Assembly: GCA_964016885.1 (NCBI GenBank)
Contig: OZ024742.1
Span: 174,344,001-174,408,000, forward strand
Source of the DNA: Eledone cirrhosa
Lineage: Eukaryota
Length of the DNA stretch: 64,000 nt
Direction: 5' to 3'
How positions within the stretch are numbered: the stretch's first letter is position 1; every line of letters starts with the position of its first letter. Position numbers and translations under genes: made by a program. Shown piece by piece: positions 11,177 to 24,388 of the stretch. The notes beneath the pieces are model-generated. The model saw only the letters and a list, made by a program, of their open reading frames with translations. It ran no database searches and was not told the origin of the DNA.

Positions 11177-12767
11177 TCAGCCATTTCATCCGCAGATGTG
11201 TCCCCCCCCCAGTCCACACCACCCTCACTCGCGCCCGTGCTGTCCACCGCTCCATCACCCTCACCTACGCCACTGCACACCCACCCACCGTCTCCCCTTC
11301 CTCATCACCTACCACCCTCTACCCTACCCCTCCACCACACCATCCGATGCCTCCAGTCCGACCTTTTCACCTCCCACATCTTCCCATCCCCACCACTCCC
11401 CTCCTTCACACGCGCATGCAATCTCCACACCCTCCTCGTCCGCATCTCCCTACTCGCCAACCCACGCTCACCCCTCCCCCCGGTTCCCTTCCCTGTTCCA
11501 GGCCTCGTTGCTACACCTGCCACCACATCACCAACACCACTAACACACTCCTCCTTTTCACCGCCCACCACTTGGCCCACCCCACAACTAATACTCCCAC
11601 CACACCACCGACTACCCTCCCCCAACTAACAATACTAACATACCCACCCCTCCCCACATCACGCACACATCCACCGGTACATATATACACGCACTCAAAC
11701 TATCCACACACCCTACTACCACCCTTAACCCTAACCCACATATCCATTCCAACCACCCCACAACTAATACCACTAACATCCCCCCGACCCCACGCAGACG
11801 AACACACCCACCCACCGACACCCACTTACACCACTCACTCTATACACCCTACCACCACTGACACACTAACACACCCGCATGACACCCTCCCCACTCCACA
11901 TTTCACACCTACCCATCCTCTCCCCTGTCCACCGTACCTCCGCTCGCACTGACACACTGACTTTCTCCACATGCCATTCTCCTCTAATGCTGCTATGCCT
12001 TCTCCTGCCTTGACCCGCTGACCACTTCTCCACACACACAGACACACAGTCCTCTCCACCTGTCATTCTCCTCTACCCTCATCCTGCCTTGACCCTCTGA
12101 CCACTTCCTGTTGCGCGCGCACCCAAAATCTCCCTTCTTCCGACTACCACAACCACGGATTACACACCATTGGCCATCGTTCCCACTATCCACTCCATAA
12201 CATGGAAAATATCCGGCATTTCTTCATATCCTCTACGGAATTACCTTAGGAACTTACCCACGGACATACACTCACAAAATCTTTTTCGAACCACGCCACC
12301 TACACCCACAAAACGTATAAACATCAACACACACGTGCGTAACCCCACATATATACACACTCAGCTTCCGGAATCCTATCCCCCCTCCCCCACCCCTCTG
12401 ACCCCTCCCCATCCACATACAGACCTACACCCCACCCCACACACACACACCTTTTCCTGAACATGGAATCTCGTTCTTCCCCCAACTCTCACATTCTCAT
12501 ACACACACACACACATGTACACCTACACACATACACCACCTTCAGCCCTCGCCGCTCGGACACCCTGCCTCCATCTCCCCACCCATTCGCCACCACCCCT
12601 ACACGCCCCACACCCTTCCACCACGTGTTTATCTTCATGTTCATTTCTATTTTTATTTTATTTATTTTTATTTGTACCCTTCCACCGTTTTTTGCTCCCC
12701 TCCCCCCGTTTTTCTAAATGTCTCTCCTCCACTCCTCTTCACACCCTGGGAATTATCTTCATTTTGC

Positions 12768-12795
12768 CTGAAGAAGGGCTTATGCCCGAAACGTC
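12768..12795 (+). ncRNA. Minimal hammerhead core (stem I not evident)
   Basis: CUGAAGA a gggc uuau gccc GAAA cg UC at the 3' end of the PLE. Confidence 0.65.
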
Positions 12796-12878
12796 CCCCC
12801 CCCCACACTCTCAAGAGTGTGAAACTAATAAATCTTTGTTTGTTCAGCTTCTCTGTTTTGTTCACGTTCCATTTTTCA

Positions 12879-12965
<87 letters not shown>

Positions 12966-13038
12966 ATATCAAGGTCTAGCAAAAGGAGAAAAAGTTTTAA
13001 AATAAATTTTAAAAAATTCGCTGTACTTCCTATATGTG

Positions 13039-13118
13039 CCTTTACCACGGTTTCAAGTTCCAGAATAACAGGATAATCCAAGCGAACTCTCATTGAGAAG
13101 GGAACCATCTTCAGAAGG
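13039..13118 (-). ncRNA. Type-I hammerhead ribozyme with extended stem II, in a ~225-bp island (12965-13190) between microsatellites
   Basis: Minus strand: ccuu CUGAAGA u gguucc [~39 nt] ggaacu u GAAA ccgugg UA aagg. Confidence 0.8.
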
Positions 13119-13186
13119 CTCTTCTCATTCGGAGAATATAAAATTCCCGAGTTCAAATCACAAACTGACGCCATAAAAAACCATTC

Positions 13187-13250
<64 letters not shown>

Positions 13251-13313
13251 CCACACATTATTATTGAATATGTATATACACACACACACACACACACACA
13301 CATACACACACAG

Positions 13314-13395
<82 letters not shown>

Positions 13396-13689
13396 AAATA
13401 TGTGCACGCACACAGACACATATATATATTTATTTTTAACAGAATTCTGTTATGATCAACACTATTATTCTCTATGAAAAAGTCCATTTTGTAAGCTACA
13501 ATACCTGAAGGAATCAAGTCAGAGATAATGTATTTCCACCATCAGTTACACTATTGTCCTTGTTGTGAGAGTGGTTTTCTAGATAACACTATGTAGGTCA
13601 TCCTCAAATTATTTCCACTTCATTCTCCATATACTGTTAAACTCACTATTCAATACTTGATTCATGAAATACCTATCTTTCGATCTATG

Positions 13690-13738
<49 letters not shown>

Positions 13739-14019
13739 GTATACATAAGTTGCGTTGAATGATTCCATAGAAGAGATAAAGGAAACAGAGCATGCTATGC
13801 TATACACAGAGCAGAAATATTATAGTATAGTGATCTTAAACGCAGTTTCATTTGTACCATTATAGAGACATGTATATATATATATCATCATCATCATCGT
13901 TCAATGTCTATCTTCTACACTAGCATTATATATACTATATATACTATATATATTATATATATTATATATATTATATATATATAATATATATGTATGTATA
14001 TATATATGTATGTATACAT

Positions 14020-14270
14020 AATACATTTCACAACAATTACCAAACCATACTTTGAGAAAAAGCATTTCACTTCAAGAGGATTATCAACTTGCGTATGGTT
14101 GTTGATATGAGTGGAAACGTATGTGAGTTGATAATCCACTAAGGTGAAACATGTGTTCTCAAAGTTTTAGGTTTGGTAATTGTTTGTTAAATTAACTCTA
14201 TACCTGACTTGCTTTTTGGTCTGTATGCTCTACTAACTTTGATATAAACTTCTGATTTTTCCTTTCTTTA
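14020..14270 (+). mobile_element. Small diverged fold-back element with HHR and tail
   Basis: caattaccaaacc...ctttgagaa...ggattatcaact (14034-14089) mirrored by agttgataatcc...ttctcaaag...ggtttggtaattg (14126-14182); TA tracts on both sides. Confidence 0.75.
14125..14160 (+). ncRNA. Minimal hammerhead ribozyme, U3:A8 variant
   Basis: gag UUGAUAA u cc acuaa gg u GAAA caugug UU cuc. Confidence 0.65.
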
Positions 14271-14272
14271 GA

Positions 14273-14463
<191 letters not shown>

Positions 14464-14467
14464 TGTT

Positions 14468-14720
14468 TAGGAGGGGGCTTTAAAAAGTTCATGGAAAATG
14501 GACAGTTGTTAAAAACAATTTAAGTTATAATGTTTATTTTTCAGCATATGCTCCGTCTAGCTCAATAGACACTTCTGCAAGCATTGATACCAGCCTTTAA
14601 ATCCATCTGTGTAAAACTGAGGACCATGACATTTAAACCCTGTCAAAACAGCTTTTTTTGACTGGGGATCATCTTCAACCTCACCTCTTCGACTTCTAAA
14701 ATTACATGAAAATCTGTGCA
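14468..14720 (-). mobile_element. Possible mariner-like transposon 3' remnant
   Basis: ORF 14557..14763 ends FYTDGFKGWYQCLQKC, resembling the mariner C-terminal FY..GI..L..RW.KC; gagggggctttaaaaagttc resembles a mariner TIR. Confidence 0.45.
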
Positions 14721-15024
14721 TACTCACCCGCATAGCTACCCCACCAATTTCACTACAATGCACTTATACGGCAACACACACACGAATAGTGCCGATGTTT
14801 ATATATATAACTTTTCATCTCATATACAACAATAAAAATATATTCTTTTTGTGACATCATCAGTTTGAGAAGTAGATCGATAGTAGAGTTGGTTCCATAA
14901 CTCCTATGGGTTAGCTTGAGCCAATCCTCTGTGAAACTAGTGTAACATGTCGATACACAATACAATCTTTGTGCATAGAGTGCTTGATTTGGTACCAACA
15001 CCAAATTCACTATACAACCTACAC

Positions 15025-15139
<115 letters not shown>

Positions 15140-15592
15140 TAGTGAGAATAGCATTTCGGCTATTGGAAATTAGCGAAAAACAACTTCCGAAATGGGTGGC
15201 AAGTGCTCAATAGAAACGAGTGAACTAGAGCAATAGACATACGTTAAAAGGCCAAACACACTGAGACGATTGTTAAACCATTAACCGCAAAGCCATAGAA
15301 GCGAGCAAGCTATTCGAGTCAAACAAATAATAAGATATGTACACATACATAGAGTGGCAGACTGGGTCTAAAAATATTGGTTACCAGATGAAAGGGGCCC
15401 ACATACATATAGAATGCTATCATTTAATTGTTATAATGAATAAATAACATTTAAAAAAATGCATAAATGGAAACAAAACAGTGCAATAAAATGTGTGCAA
15501 AAATATATCACTTTCTCAAATAAAAAATATTATTTATTTTGCGAAATCCAGAGATTTTCAATAATGACCTTTGGTCTTTCACACTCACTCAT

Positions 15593-15752
15593 TGGCAGTA
15601 TCGGTAGAGGGTTGGACGCCATGTTTTCTGGCATAGTTACGTCCCTTTACGATTTGAGTTCAAATCCCGCCGAGGTTGAATTGCCTTTCATTCTTACGGG
15701 GTCGATAAAATAAAGTAATTGCTGGCCTTGTGCCAAATAGTAGAAACAATTA
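15593..15752 (+). mobile_element. tRNA-derived SINE (main family, internal deletion)
   Basis: A box, B box, core and tail match the consensus. Confidence 0.88.
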
Positions 15753-15769
15753 TATATATATATATATTT

Positions 15770-16271
15770 AAACGAATAGAGGTGTAACACACGAGTTGTG
15801 ATATATTGGTAAAAGGAAAAGAAAATGCTGACAAATTGTTCCCAGTAAAAAACAGTTTAATTAGGAATAAGTAAAAATCAGTAATAAGTATTCAGTTTTA
15901 GTTTTAAGTTTTTACCGGTTGCGCATTTCTAATGCTTTTCAAAAATAATTTTGAGATAGGGCGCCCATGATGTTTGCTCTAATCTGATTAGTTTTGGAAA
16001 TTCTACCTGTTTTACATGAAAAAAGTGGCTCCAGTTGTATTAAAATAAGTTTCGCGCCAATTCGTGCTGCAAAAATTCTTGTGGTCAAAACAATTTTGAT
16101 TGGTCGGTAGAGGTCACGTGAATGTTAATAATTGATTTTGCGCCAAATGTAGGTTTGACGAAGAGTGTCCTTTTTCGCCTGATTGAGAAGTCACATGAAA
16201 AATAAGTCTTTTAAGACAAATATGTGTGTGTGTGTATGTAGCAGAGTAATTCGTGGTAGAGGGATCGGTCA
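15770..16271 (-). mobile_element. Single-arm copy of the 9223-10335 element, including its tail
   Basis: gaatagaggtgtaacacacgagttgtgatatattggtaaaagg... is the reverse complement of 10330 back to ~9826; begins at (TA)n. Confidence 0.9.
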
Positions 16272-16625
16272 GTAGGAATGTGTCTGTACGTGTGTGGGGG
16301 ATATTTTAAGATGTTGAAATATATATTTCAGCTCTTGTCTTTTACGGAGAAGTGTGTGTGTGTGTGAGTGTATATATCTCTTTGTATGTTAGTGTACGGT
16401 ACGCATGTGTATGTGTGTGTGTTTATATGTGTGTGTGCGTATATATGTGTGTATGTGTGTGGGGGGGACCAGTATTTTTGTGATTCTGGTAAAAATGGTG
16501 TACATTATTCGATATTTTTAGCAAAAACAATTCTCTCAAGAGAACATCTCAAAAACATTAATAATAAAAGGTGTGAAATGATATATAGTATTGTCATAAC
16601 AAACCTATATTGGACAACTGCCTGA

Positions 16626-16705
16626 AACACCTAGAAAGCTATAGGAGCTGTTTCGCAAATTATTAAGCGAAGGAATCACCAACTCTCTGCTCTTCAGTAG
16701 GTGTT
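16626..16705 (-). ncRNA. Type-I hammerhead ribozyme with 8-bp stem I and extended stems II and III
   Basis: Minus strand: aacaccua CUGAAGA gcaga [26 nt] uuugc GAAA c agcu ccuau agcu u UC uagguguu (15.2/16.2 pair mismatched). Confidence 0.75.
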
Positions 16706-17529
16706 AACAATTAGTAATCCTTCCACTTTTAAGTCTATCAGAGGACTAAATGGTGTGCGAATATGAAATAACGCACATGTCTTCAGAGCTTAGCATGTCT
16801 CATAAACATACGCTGCTAAAAATAGCAGCCGGGTTTACACAACGTATAAATTAGCTCAACGAGATGGAGCCGAGAATATCAGATATTGAGTTAGAAACTC
16901 AAAATAGTCTCTTACAATTAAATAGTTCCAAGAAAGAAGGTTTTCTGAGCCGTATATAAGAGAGATAGACCCAAATATAAACATACATGTGTTCGAATTT
17001 TGAGTTCGAAAATGCACTGGGTAATTGCTGGTCTTGTGCCAAATGTAGAAACAATTATTGAAAAGATAACATTATTGAAAAAATGAGAGTGACAATTAAA
17101 AAAAAAAGGTTTTATAATGCATATAAAGTATATAAAGTATTACCGGTTTCGATGTATTATTAAAATGTTGAGTATTGAAATAAAAATTAAAAATAATTAA
17201 TATGAGTTAAAAACTAAAATTTAAGGATTTAAAATTAAAATCAAATGTTGGAGTAAGTTTTCTTCCATCTTTCTTGCTAAAAATGTGGTGGTAAGTGAAG
17301 ATGGCAGCAGCTGTTTCTTCACAGAACAAAGTTGTTTTTTGAAAGCATCCTGTAAATATGTGTGTATATCTGATTGTGTATATCTAATTGACTGGTCAAG
17401 AGTTCAAAAGGGATGGGGAATTGTAAGCTAGAGGTAAGTTCTGTGACAGCAGCAGGAGTGTAAGAGAAATTCTATTATTGGAATGTGGTTTTAGGGGTGT
17501 GTATATATATATATATATATTATAAAATG

Positions 17530-17867
17530 ATTTTTACAAAATGAAAAAAACCGAGGTGTCCTATACGAGTGAAAGTATAAGGAAAAAAGATGAAATCGAA
17601 AATGCAACTGGGGCCTTTTTTTTAAAAATATATATTTATTTAGTTCCTTTACCGGTTTCGCAGTTCTTCAGCTTTTCAAAAGTAGAATTGAGATGGAGCG
17701 TCTGTGGTTTTTCTCACAACAGATGTGAGAAAAACCACAAAAGGAACCAAATAAACATATATTTAAAAAAAAAAGGCTCCAGTTGCATTTTCGATTTCTT
17801 CTATTTTCTTTATACTTTCACTCCTATAGGATACCTGGGCTTTTTTCATTTTGTAAATTAACCTCAC

Positions 17868-17875
<8 letters not shown>
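17530..17875. mobile_element. Fold-back element related to the 9223 family; arms ~17533-17650 and ~17740-17858, central perfect hairpin 17703-17739
   Basis: tttacaaaatgaaaaaa...gaaatcgaaaatgcaactgg mirrored by ccagttgcattttcgatttc...ttttttcattttgtaaa; (TA)n on both sides. Confidence 0.85.
17647..17682 (-). ncRNA. Minimal hammerhead ribozyme, U3:A8 variant
   Basis: Minus strand: cuu UUGAAAA gc ugaagaacu gc GAAA ccgg UA aag. Confidence 0.6.
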
Positions 17876-17898
<23 letters not shown>

Positions 17899-17899
17899 A

Positions 17900-18732
17900 A
17901 TATATTATGAAAATAAACCAAAGAAGCCTTCAATACATCAAAAGTCTTCGGAGATTATCTATTATATAATTATATAGTTTATTATATATTATATGTTTAC
18001 TTTTAATCATTTCTTCTTCATTTTATACTGTAAATAATATATGTATTATATTTTATTTTCATTTTTATTTTTATTTTTATTTTTTTTATTTTTTATTTTT
18101 TTTTATTTATTTTTTTTTATTCTTATTCTTATTATTCTTATTTATATTTAAAATCTTAATAAGGGTTAGTTTGTGCTTGTATTGAGGGAAATGTGTATTG
18201 ATATATATGTATATATGTGTACATATGTATATATATATATATGTATATTGGGCCTTTTAATATTATTATTATTATTGTCATTATCAATTATATTATATTA
18301 TATTATATTATATTATATTATATATAGTACAATAATTCCCGCTCTATATCACCACCATTGTTTAGCTTTAGTTTTTGCATTGGACTATATTTGTAATATG
18401 GTTCAAAATGTTATTCACTTCCTTAGCAATTTTTACTTGATCATTTTTACCAGATAATTTTCCTATGCTTTAATGTATGTACACTCCATATTCTTCTGAG
18501 TTTTTGGCTTGTATTGGCCGATAGTGCTTCTTATAGCTTTAATTGCCCTGATAAGTCCTTAATAGGACGAAACAGTGTTGGCTAATAAAGACTTTTGATG
18601 TATTGAAGGCTTCTTTGGTTTATTTTCATAATTCTTCGGCTCTGTTTAATTACATTGAGCTATACCTTTACTGTAATTTCTATAATACGAAGAGGGTGTT
18701 TAACTCCAACACACTCTAGTATTTTAATTCTT
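17900..18732 (+). mobile_element. PLE-type terminal segment with short inverted arm (17906-17948 vs 18588-18631), HHR and tail
   Basis: ttatgaaaataaaccaaagaagccttcaatacatcaaaagtctt mirrored downstream; (TA)n on both sides. Confidence 0.8.
18545..18582 (+). ncRNA. Minimal hammerhead ribozyme (C3/A8 mismatch; relative of 57160-57206)
   Basis: gcc CUGAUAA gucc uuaaua ggac GAAA cagug UU ggc, followed by AATAAA. Confidence 0.7.
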
Positions 18733-18829
18733 ATATATATATATAGAGAGAGAGAGATAGTGTGATGGTGTATATATAACAATACACACATGTATGTGTG
18801 TCTCAGTTTTTTTCTGTCTGTCTGTCACA

Positions 18830-21510
18830 GACTGCGAGAATGCAGAACTCATCTCATTAAATCGATGTGAAAAATTCCTCAGATAACCCCTTCACAAAGA
18901 AATTAAACAAAACAAGAACCCCTTCAGTAACATGCATACTTCCAACCCCAGCACACATAAACCACAGACAAAACCCCACTCTACAAAGACGAAATACAAC
19001 CAACTACAGTAGAAGGAACATACCCAACCACCACAACATAGGTACCCACAATAATATCTCCTACAGAAACCAACCCCAAAACAACATAGAACTAACCTGC
19101 AACACAAATACCATACACTCCAGAAGAAACCCACACAGAACACATGAAATCCTAACAAAACCTTTCCACATTAACAACTACTACAGGTATCACCCCCAAC
19201 ACTACAAAAGACAACCCCCACAGCATCAACACTATGTATCCCAGAAAGAACCCACCCAGACCACATGAACCCACAACAGAACCCTTACATAATAACAACT
19301 ACAACAGACATCACTCTCATCACCACATTAACTCTCATGAAAAAACAAACTACAGATCCATACAAAACAGACAAGCAGACTACAATTACAACCAAAACAA
19401 CATTCCTTTTTTAGGAACAAGACTGAAATACCAGGACACCCGATGGCCCCCACTCATGAGATGCCAAAGATAATTAACCTTTCAAAGATATCACTAACTA
19501 ACTCAGAAATTAACATATTAAGTAAGGGACTCAAATTTACACCCACACCACAAAAATCTAATTTTCCCGAAATGATGAAAGATGACATCATGGAATTCTG
19601 CCGAAAACTGAGATTAATAGAATACTTCTCCAATGACACCAACACTGAAGACGAATCAATATTTAGAAACAAAAGTGATTTCTGCCCACAGAAAGGGAGG
19701 AACACAACACTGGACACCTACTGTGAACGCACCATCAACTTTCCCTTTACGAAATCGAACCTCTCCAAACACAAATGGTAAGAATTATTCACATTGCGAA
19801 ATAACACTGAAATAAACATCAAAGAAGCCGATAAAGGGAGCACTGTGGTCAGTATGGACACTGACTACTATAGATACCTGGCACTCAAAATCTTAGGCGA
19901 CAACAGGTACTACGCAAAAACAGTAAACTACAGACAAACTAAAATAACGGGCAACCTCCTAGTATTACTACAAAAATACCGCAGTTGCCTAACCGCAAAA
20001 GAATTTGAATACATAAGCCATTTCAAATGTAATACATGTGCTTTCTACGGCTTACCAAAGATACATAAGCAATGTATGCGACACTTCTACTAACAAATAT
20101 ATACAATTAACAACACCAGAAGACTTTAAACTCAGACCAATTATAGCAGGCCCTGCAAGTGAAACCCACAAACTTTGCAACTTCTTGGAAATCCTACTAA
20201 AGCCCTTACTAAAACATATACAGAGCTACATACGGGATGACCTTGATATGCTGAACCACCTACCCAAAACAGTAAGTGAAAACACTATTCTTGTCTCCTT
20301 TGACGTAGTAAACTTCTAAACTAACATACCCCATAACTATGGAATAACAGCAATCCAGTTTTGACTAGACACTCACCAATCTGAAATACCAACACACAAC
20401 ATCAACAAAACTTCATTATTGATGGACTCCGATTTATCTTACAGAATAATTTCATTATTTTCAATGAGTCAACATACCGACAAATCTCAGGGACTGCAAT
20501 GAGCCCAAAGGTAGCCCCCACATACGCCAACTTAGTCATGGGATTCTACAAACAACAAATCTACAACCAATCCCTTCTATTATTCGGAGACTCCTTACAC
20601 ATCTCAAAATAATTGGAAGAGATACCTAGACGATTGCTTTATGCTATGGCAGGAAGACATTAATACACTCACTCTTTTCAAAATTATGATTAACAACATT
20701 AATAACAATATACAATTCACAATGGAATCTAACTCCAAGGAATTAGGTTTCTTGGATATTCTCATTCTAAAAACAGATGGGAAAATAGAAACAGACATCT
20801 TTTATAAACCCACGGACTCCAAACAGTACCTCCTATTCACATCAAATCACCCAAAACATACAAAACTTAACATTCCTTTTAATTTAGCCAAACATATATG
20901 CACCATAGTATCAGACCCAGCTAAACGGGAACAAAGACTAAATGAACTCAAAAGCACACTTACCTTAAGAGCCTTCCCACTTGACATAATTAATAACGGA
21001 ATAGACAAAAACCTCCCCATTCTATTTAAAGATGGAAAAATGAAAACAATTCTAGAAACAAACAAGATCATTAAAAGCAAAAGGCAACCAAGATCCCTAA
21101 AACACATTCTCACTGGAACAAAGGTACACAAACCTATCTCCAACCTTACGGTAACAAAATGCGGAAGAACAAACCGTCAAACATGCCTATACTTAACTGA
21201 AGGACATAAATTCACGTTTAAAGATGGCCAAACTTTCACAGTGAAAAACAACTTCACTTGTAACTCGGAGAACCTGATCTATGTAATCACATGCGGTGGC
21301 TGTCGACATAACTATATAGGATACGCGGGAGTGTCATTACGCAAAAGAATTACCATCCATCACCAACAAATCCGAGACGTAAACAAGGAAAATCTCCTTA
21401 AGTAGCCACATTACAGATTGTGCAGGAATGACTCTACCCAGCTTTAAAGTATTCCCCCTTTACAAGTGCTCCGATTCTTTCACTCAACAACAAAGAATAA
21501 AGAAAAACTA
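18830..21510 (+). mobile_element. Penelope-like element with nearly complete but frameshifted ORF (N-terminus, RT, Cys linker, GIY-YIG); 3' terminal repeat absent
   Basis: IINLS...LSKGLKFTPTP; IKEADKGSTVV; FYGLPKIHK; LRPII; SFDV; RYLDD (20620-20635); FLDI...FYKPTD...SNHP; NLIYVITC..C...YIG. Confidence 0.92.
19443..21405 (+). pseudogene. Penelope RT-GIY-YIG polyprotein pseudogene
   Basis: Consecutive ORFs 19443..19781, 19794..20093, 20038..20319, 20641..21405 give collinear PLE motifs broken by frameshifts and stops. Confidence 0.9.
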
Positions 21511-21571
21511 CAATATATATATATATACAATGATATTAAATAAATGGAAACTATATTTATAAAACCATATT

Positions 21572-21636
21572 TATTTTATTATATATATTTCAATGGGAGG
21601 CAAGATAACATTGGTGCGCTTTCATCAGATAAAATA
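21572..21636 (-). ncRNA. Hammerhead ribozyme, mirror copy of 24112-24176
   Basis: Minus strand: uauuuuau CUGAUGA aagcgcacc...ccauu GAAA uauaua UA auaaaaua; stem II partly decayed. Confidence 0.65.
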
Positions 21637-24111
21637 CAAATTTTGTTTTATAAATAGAGACATACCCATGAAAATCACACCTTATCGGTTGGAAATTCAC
21701 TGGATAGTGGAAATATATTAGGGATTATTCAAACTTATGTGTGAATATGCAAATTAATATGTAAATAATTGAAAAACAACCGTTTATTTAAATGACACTG
21801 GAGAAAGAGTGAGAGAAAAATAAAAAAATATTACGAGAGAGATAGGGACAAGAAATTAACAAGAGGATGAATAAAACTCAAATAACGTAAATTTAGGGGA
21901 ATATATTCAATGGTACGTGTATTTACCATTAATTGTTAAAATTCTTTTATAATATAATATTTACTGTTATAAGTAGATAGAAAAATAAATAGATAGAAGA
22001 ATAGATTTGAAAAATAAATAAATAAATGGATAAATGGATAAATAGATAAATGAATGAATATCGTATAATAGATAATTGTTTTAATGAGTTATGAGGGATA
22101 TTAGTTTTGTATTTAATGTAAGTAAATATTAAGTTAAATTAAATTATGTTAACTGAGTTAATAAGAATATTTATATTTAAGACGGGAAGATACGGTAAAA
22201 CTCGTTTTGTTTATTTATTCATTAGTATGAGACCATTTTGTCAAAATAAGTATAAATGTTAAAGATATATTTAGCCATAATTAGTTAGTATTTAAAAATC
22301 CAATAAAAGATATAGAAAAAATATTAAAAATTCGGGAAAATAAAAAAATAAAATTATTTATAAGAGATAGTTTAAAAAAAAAGTAATTTTCTAAATAGAT
22401 AAAAAATTAAAGAAATTTAAAGAAATAAAAAATACAAAATAAAGAACTAAAAATTATTAACATTAAAATTACAATTAAAATTAGAATTATATATGTATAT
22501 ATTTTAAGAAAGTTTAAGAAGTGAAATTATAGCAAATGTCATAGATATGATTTAGAGATATCAATATATTAAAACCAAGGGGATAAGATTGTTATGGAAA
22601 TAAGTAGAAATATAAGTGTAATTATAATTTATATATAGTTCTAAACGTTGAGTTCAGGCGATGTCTACAAGAACTAAATGATTTCGTCCTTATATTAATA
22701 GAGTTCTTACATTTAAGTATGAAAAATATTTCCTCAACACACAATTTGCAAAATGTAGATAAAGCTGTGTTTCGGTATGCGGGTGCTTCAAAACTATTTC
22801 CCAAGTTAAAGAATAGTCCATATTCTTGCATTTTAAGTTCTATATCAGGTTTGAAAGAGAAGTTGAAGATTGTTTATCAAATCTTTGGAAAGAGCATTTG
22901 TGATTATTCCAACGATTTTATCTAGATTTTGCAAATTGTGTGTTGAGGAAATATTTTTCATACTTAAATGTAAGAACTCTATTAATATAAGGCGAATTTA
23001 TTTAGTTCTTGTAGACATCACCTGAACTCAACGTTTAGAACTATATATAAATTATAATTACACTTAAAATATTTCTACTTATTTCCATAACAATCTTATC
23101 CACTTGGTTTTAATATATTGATATCTCTAAATCATATCTATAACATTTGCTATAATTTCACTTCTTAAAGTTTCTTAAAATATATACATATATAATTCTA
23201 ATATTTTAAATTTTAATTTTAATTTTAATTGTAATGTTAATAATTTTTAATTCTTTATTTTTTATATTTTATTTCTTTAATTTTCTTTAATTTTTTATCT
23301 GTTTTTAAAAATTACTTTTTTTTTAAATTACTTTTCATAAATTTTTTTTATTTTTTTATTTTTCCGAATTTTTAATATTTTTTCAATATCTTTTATTAGA
23401 TTTATAAACACTAACTAATTCTGGCTAAATATATCTTTAACATTTATACTTATTTTGAGAAAATAGTCTCATACTAATGAATAAATAAACAAAACTGGAG
23501 TTTTTTTCCGTATCTTCCCATTTTAAAATATATAAATATAAATATTCTTATTAACTCAGTTAATTATTTAACTTAATATTTACTTACATTAAATACAAAA
23601 CTAATATCCCTCATAACTCATTAAAACAATTATCTATAACACGATATACCCATCTATTCATTTATTTATCTACTTATCCATTTATCCATTTATTTATTTA
23701 TTTATTTATTTATTTATTTTTCAAATCTATTCTTCTATCTATTTATTTTTCTATCTACTTATAACAGTAAATATTATATTAGAAAATAATTTTAACAACT
23801 AATTAATGGTAAATACACGTACCATTGAATATATTCCCCCAAATTTACGTTATTTGAATTTTATTCATCCTCTTGTTTATTTCTTGTCTCTATCTCTCTC
23901 GTAATATTTTTTTTTTTCTCTCTCTCTTTTTTCTCTCTCTCTTTCTCCAATGTCATTTAAATAAACGGTTGTTTCTCAATTATTTACATATTCATTTGCA
24001 TATTCACACATAAGTTTGAATAATCCCTAATATATTTCCACTATCCAGTGAATTTCCAACCGATAAGGTATGATTTTCATGGGTATGTCTCTATTTATGA
24101 AACAAAATTTA

Positions 24112-24176
24112 TATTTTATCTGATGAAAGCGCACCGGTTTTATCTTGGTTGCCCTTGAAATATATATAATAAAATA
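24112..24176 (+). ncRNA. Type-I hammerhead ribozyme, canonical core
   Basis: uauuuuau CUGAUGA aagcgcacc gguuuuaucuu gguugcccuu GAAA uauaua UA auaaaaua; stem I 8 bp, palindromic stem III. Confidence 0.8.
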
Positions 24177-24310
24177 AATATGGTTTTATAAATATAGTTT
24201 CCATTTATTTAATATCATTGAATATTTACTCCAGTACTTTGTTGAGTGCTCTAAATCAGTTATAAACATTTATATTTGTCGGACTTCCTACAATTTAAAT
24301 ACTACTTCTA

Positions 24311-24388
<78 letters not shown>

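Larger units (their letters stand above)
10661..12880 (+). mobile_element. 5'-truncated, very C-rich Penelope-like element with terminal HHR core
   Basis: ORF 10661..11176 LTLNCFSF...YQQVTGVAIGT...YANLFVG...RYINDC...FLDI...SSHP...SIPYSQ; CSRPRCYTC linker near 11495; HHR core 12768-12795; ends at (TA)n. Confidence 0.88.
21527..24312. mobile_element. ~2.7 kb fold-back PLE derivative: arms ~21527-22763 and ~22917-24220, ~150-bp spacer, tail 24221-24312
   Basis: Arms are reverse complements along their length; GIY-YIG C-terminus (CKLCVEE...CRH, ORF 22622..22831) at the centre; HHR near each outer end; (TA)n on both sides. Confidence 0.93.

Noticed and set aside
17130-17350. GAAACCGGTA and GAAACAGCTG half-motifs on the minus strand
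   Set aside because: The 5' core and stems could not be reconstructed; possibly decayed HHRs but not supportable
19443-21405. In-frame stops as selenocysteine recoding in the PLE
   Set aside because: The stops inspected are TAA at an expected Tyr and TGA at an expected Trp, alongside frameshifts; ordinary decay
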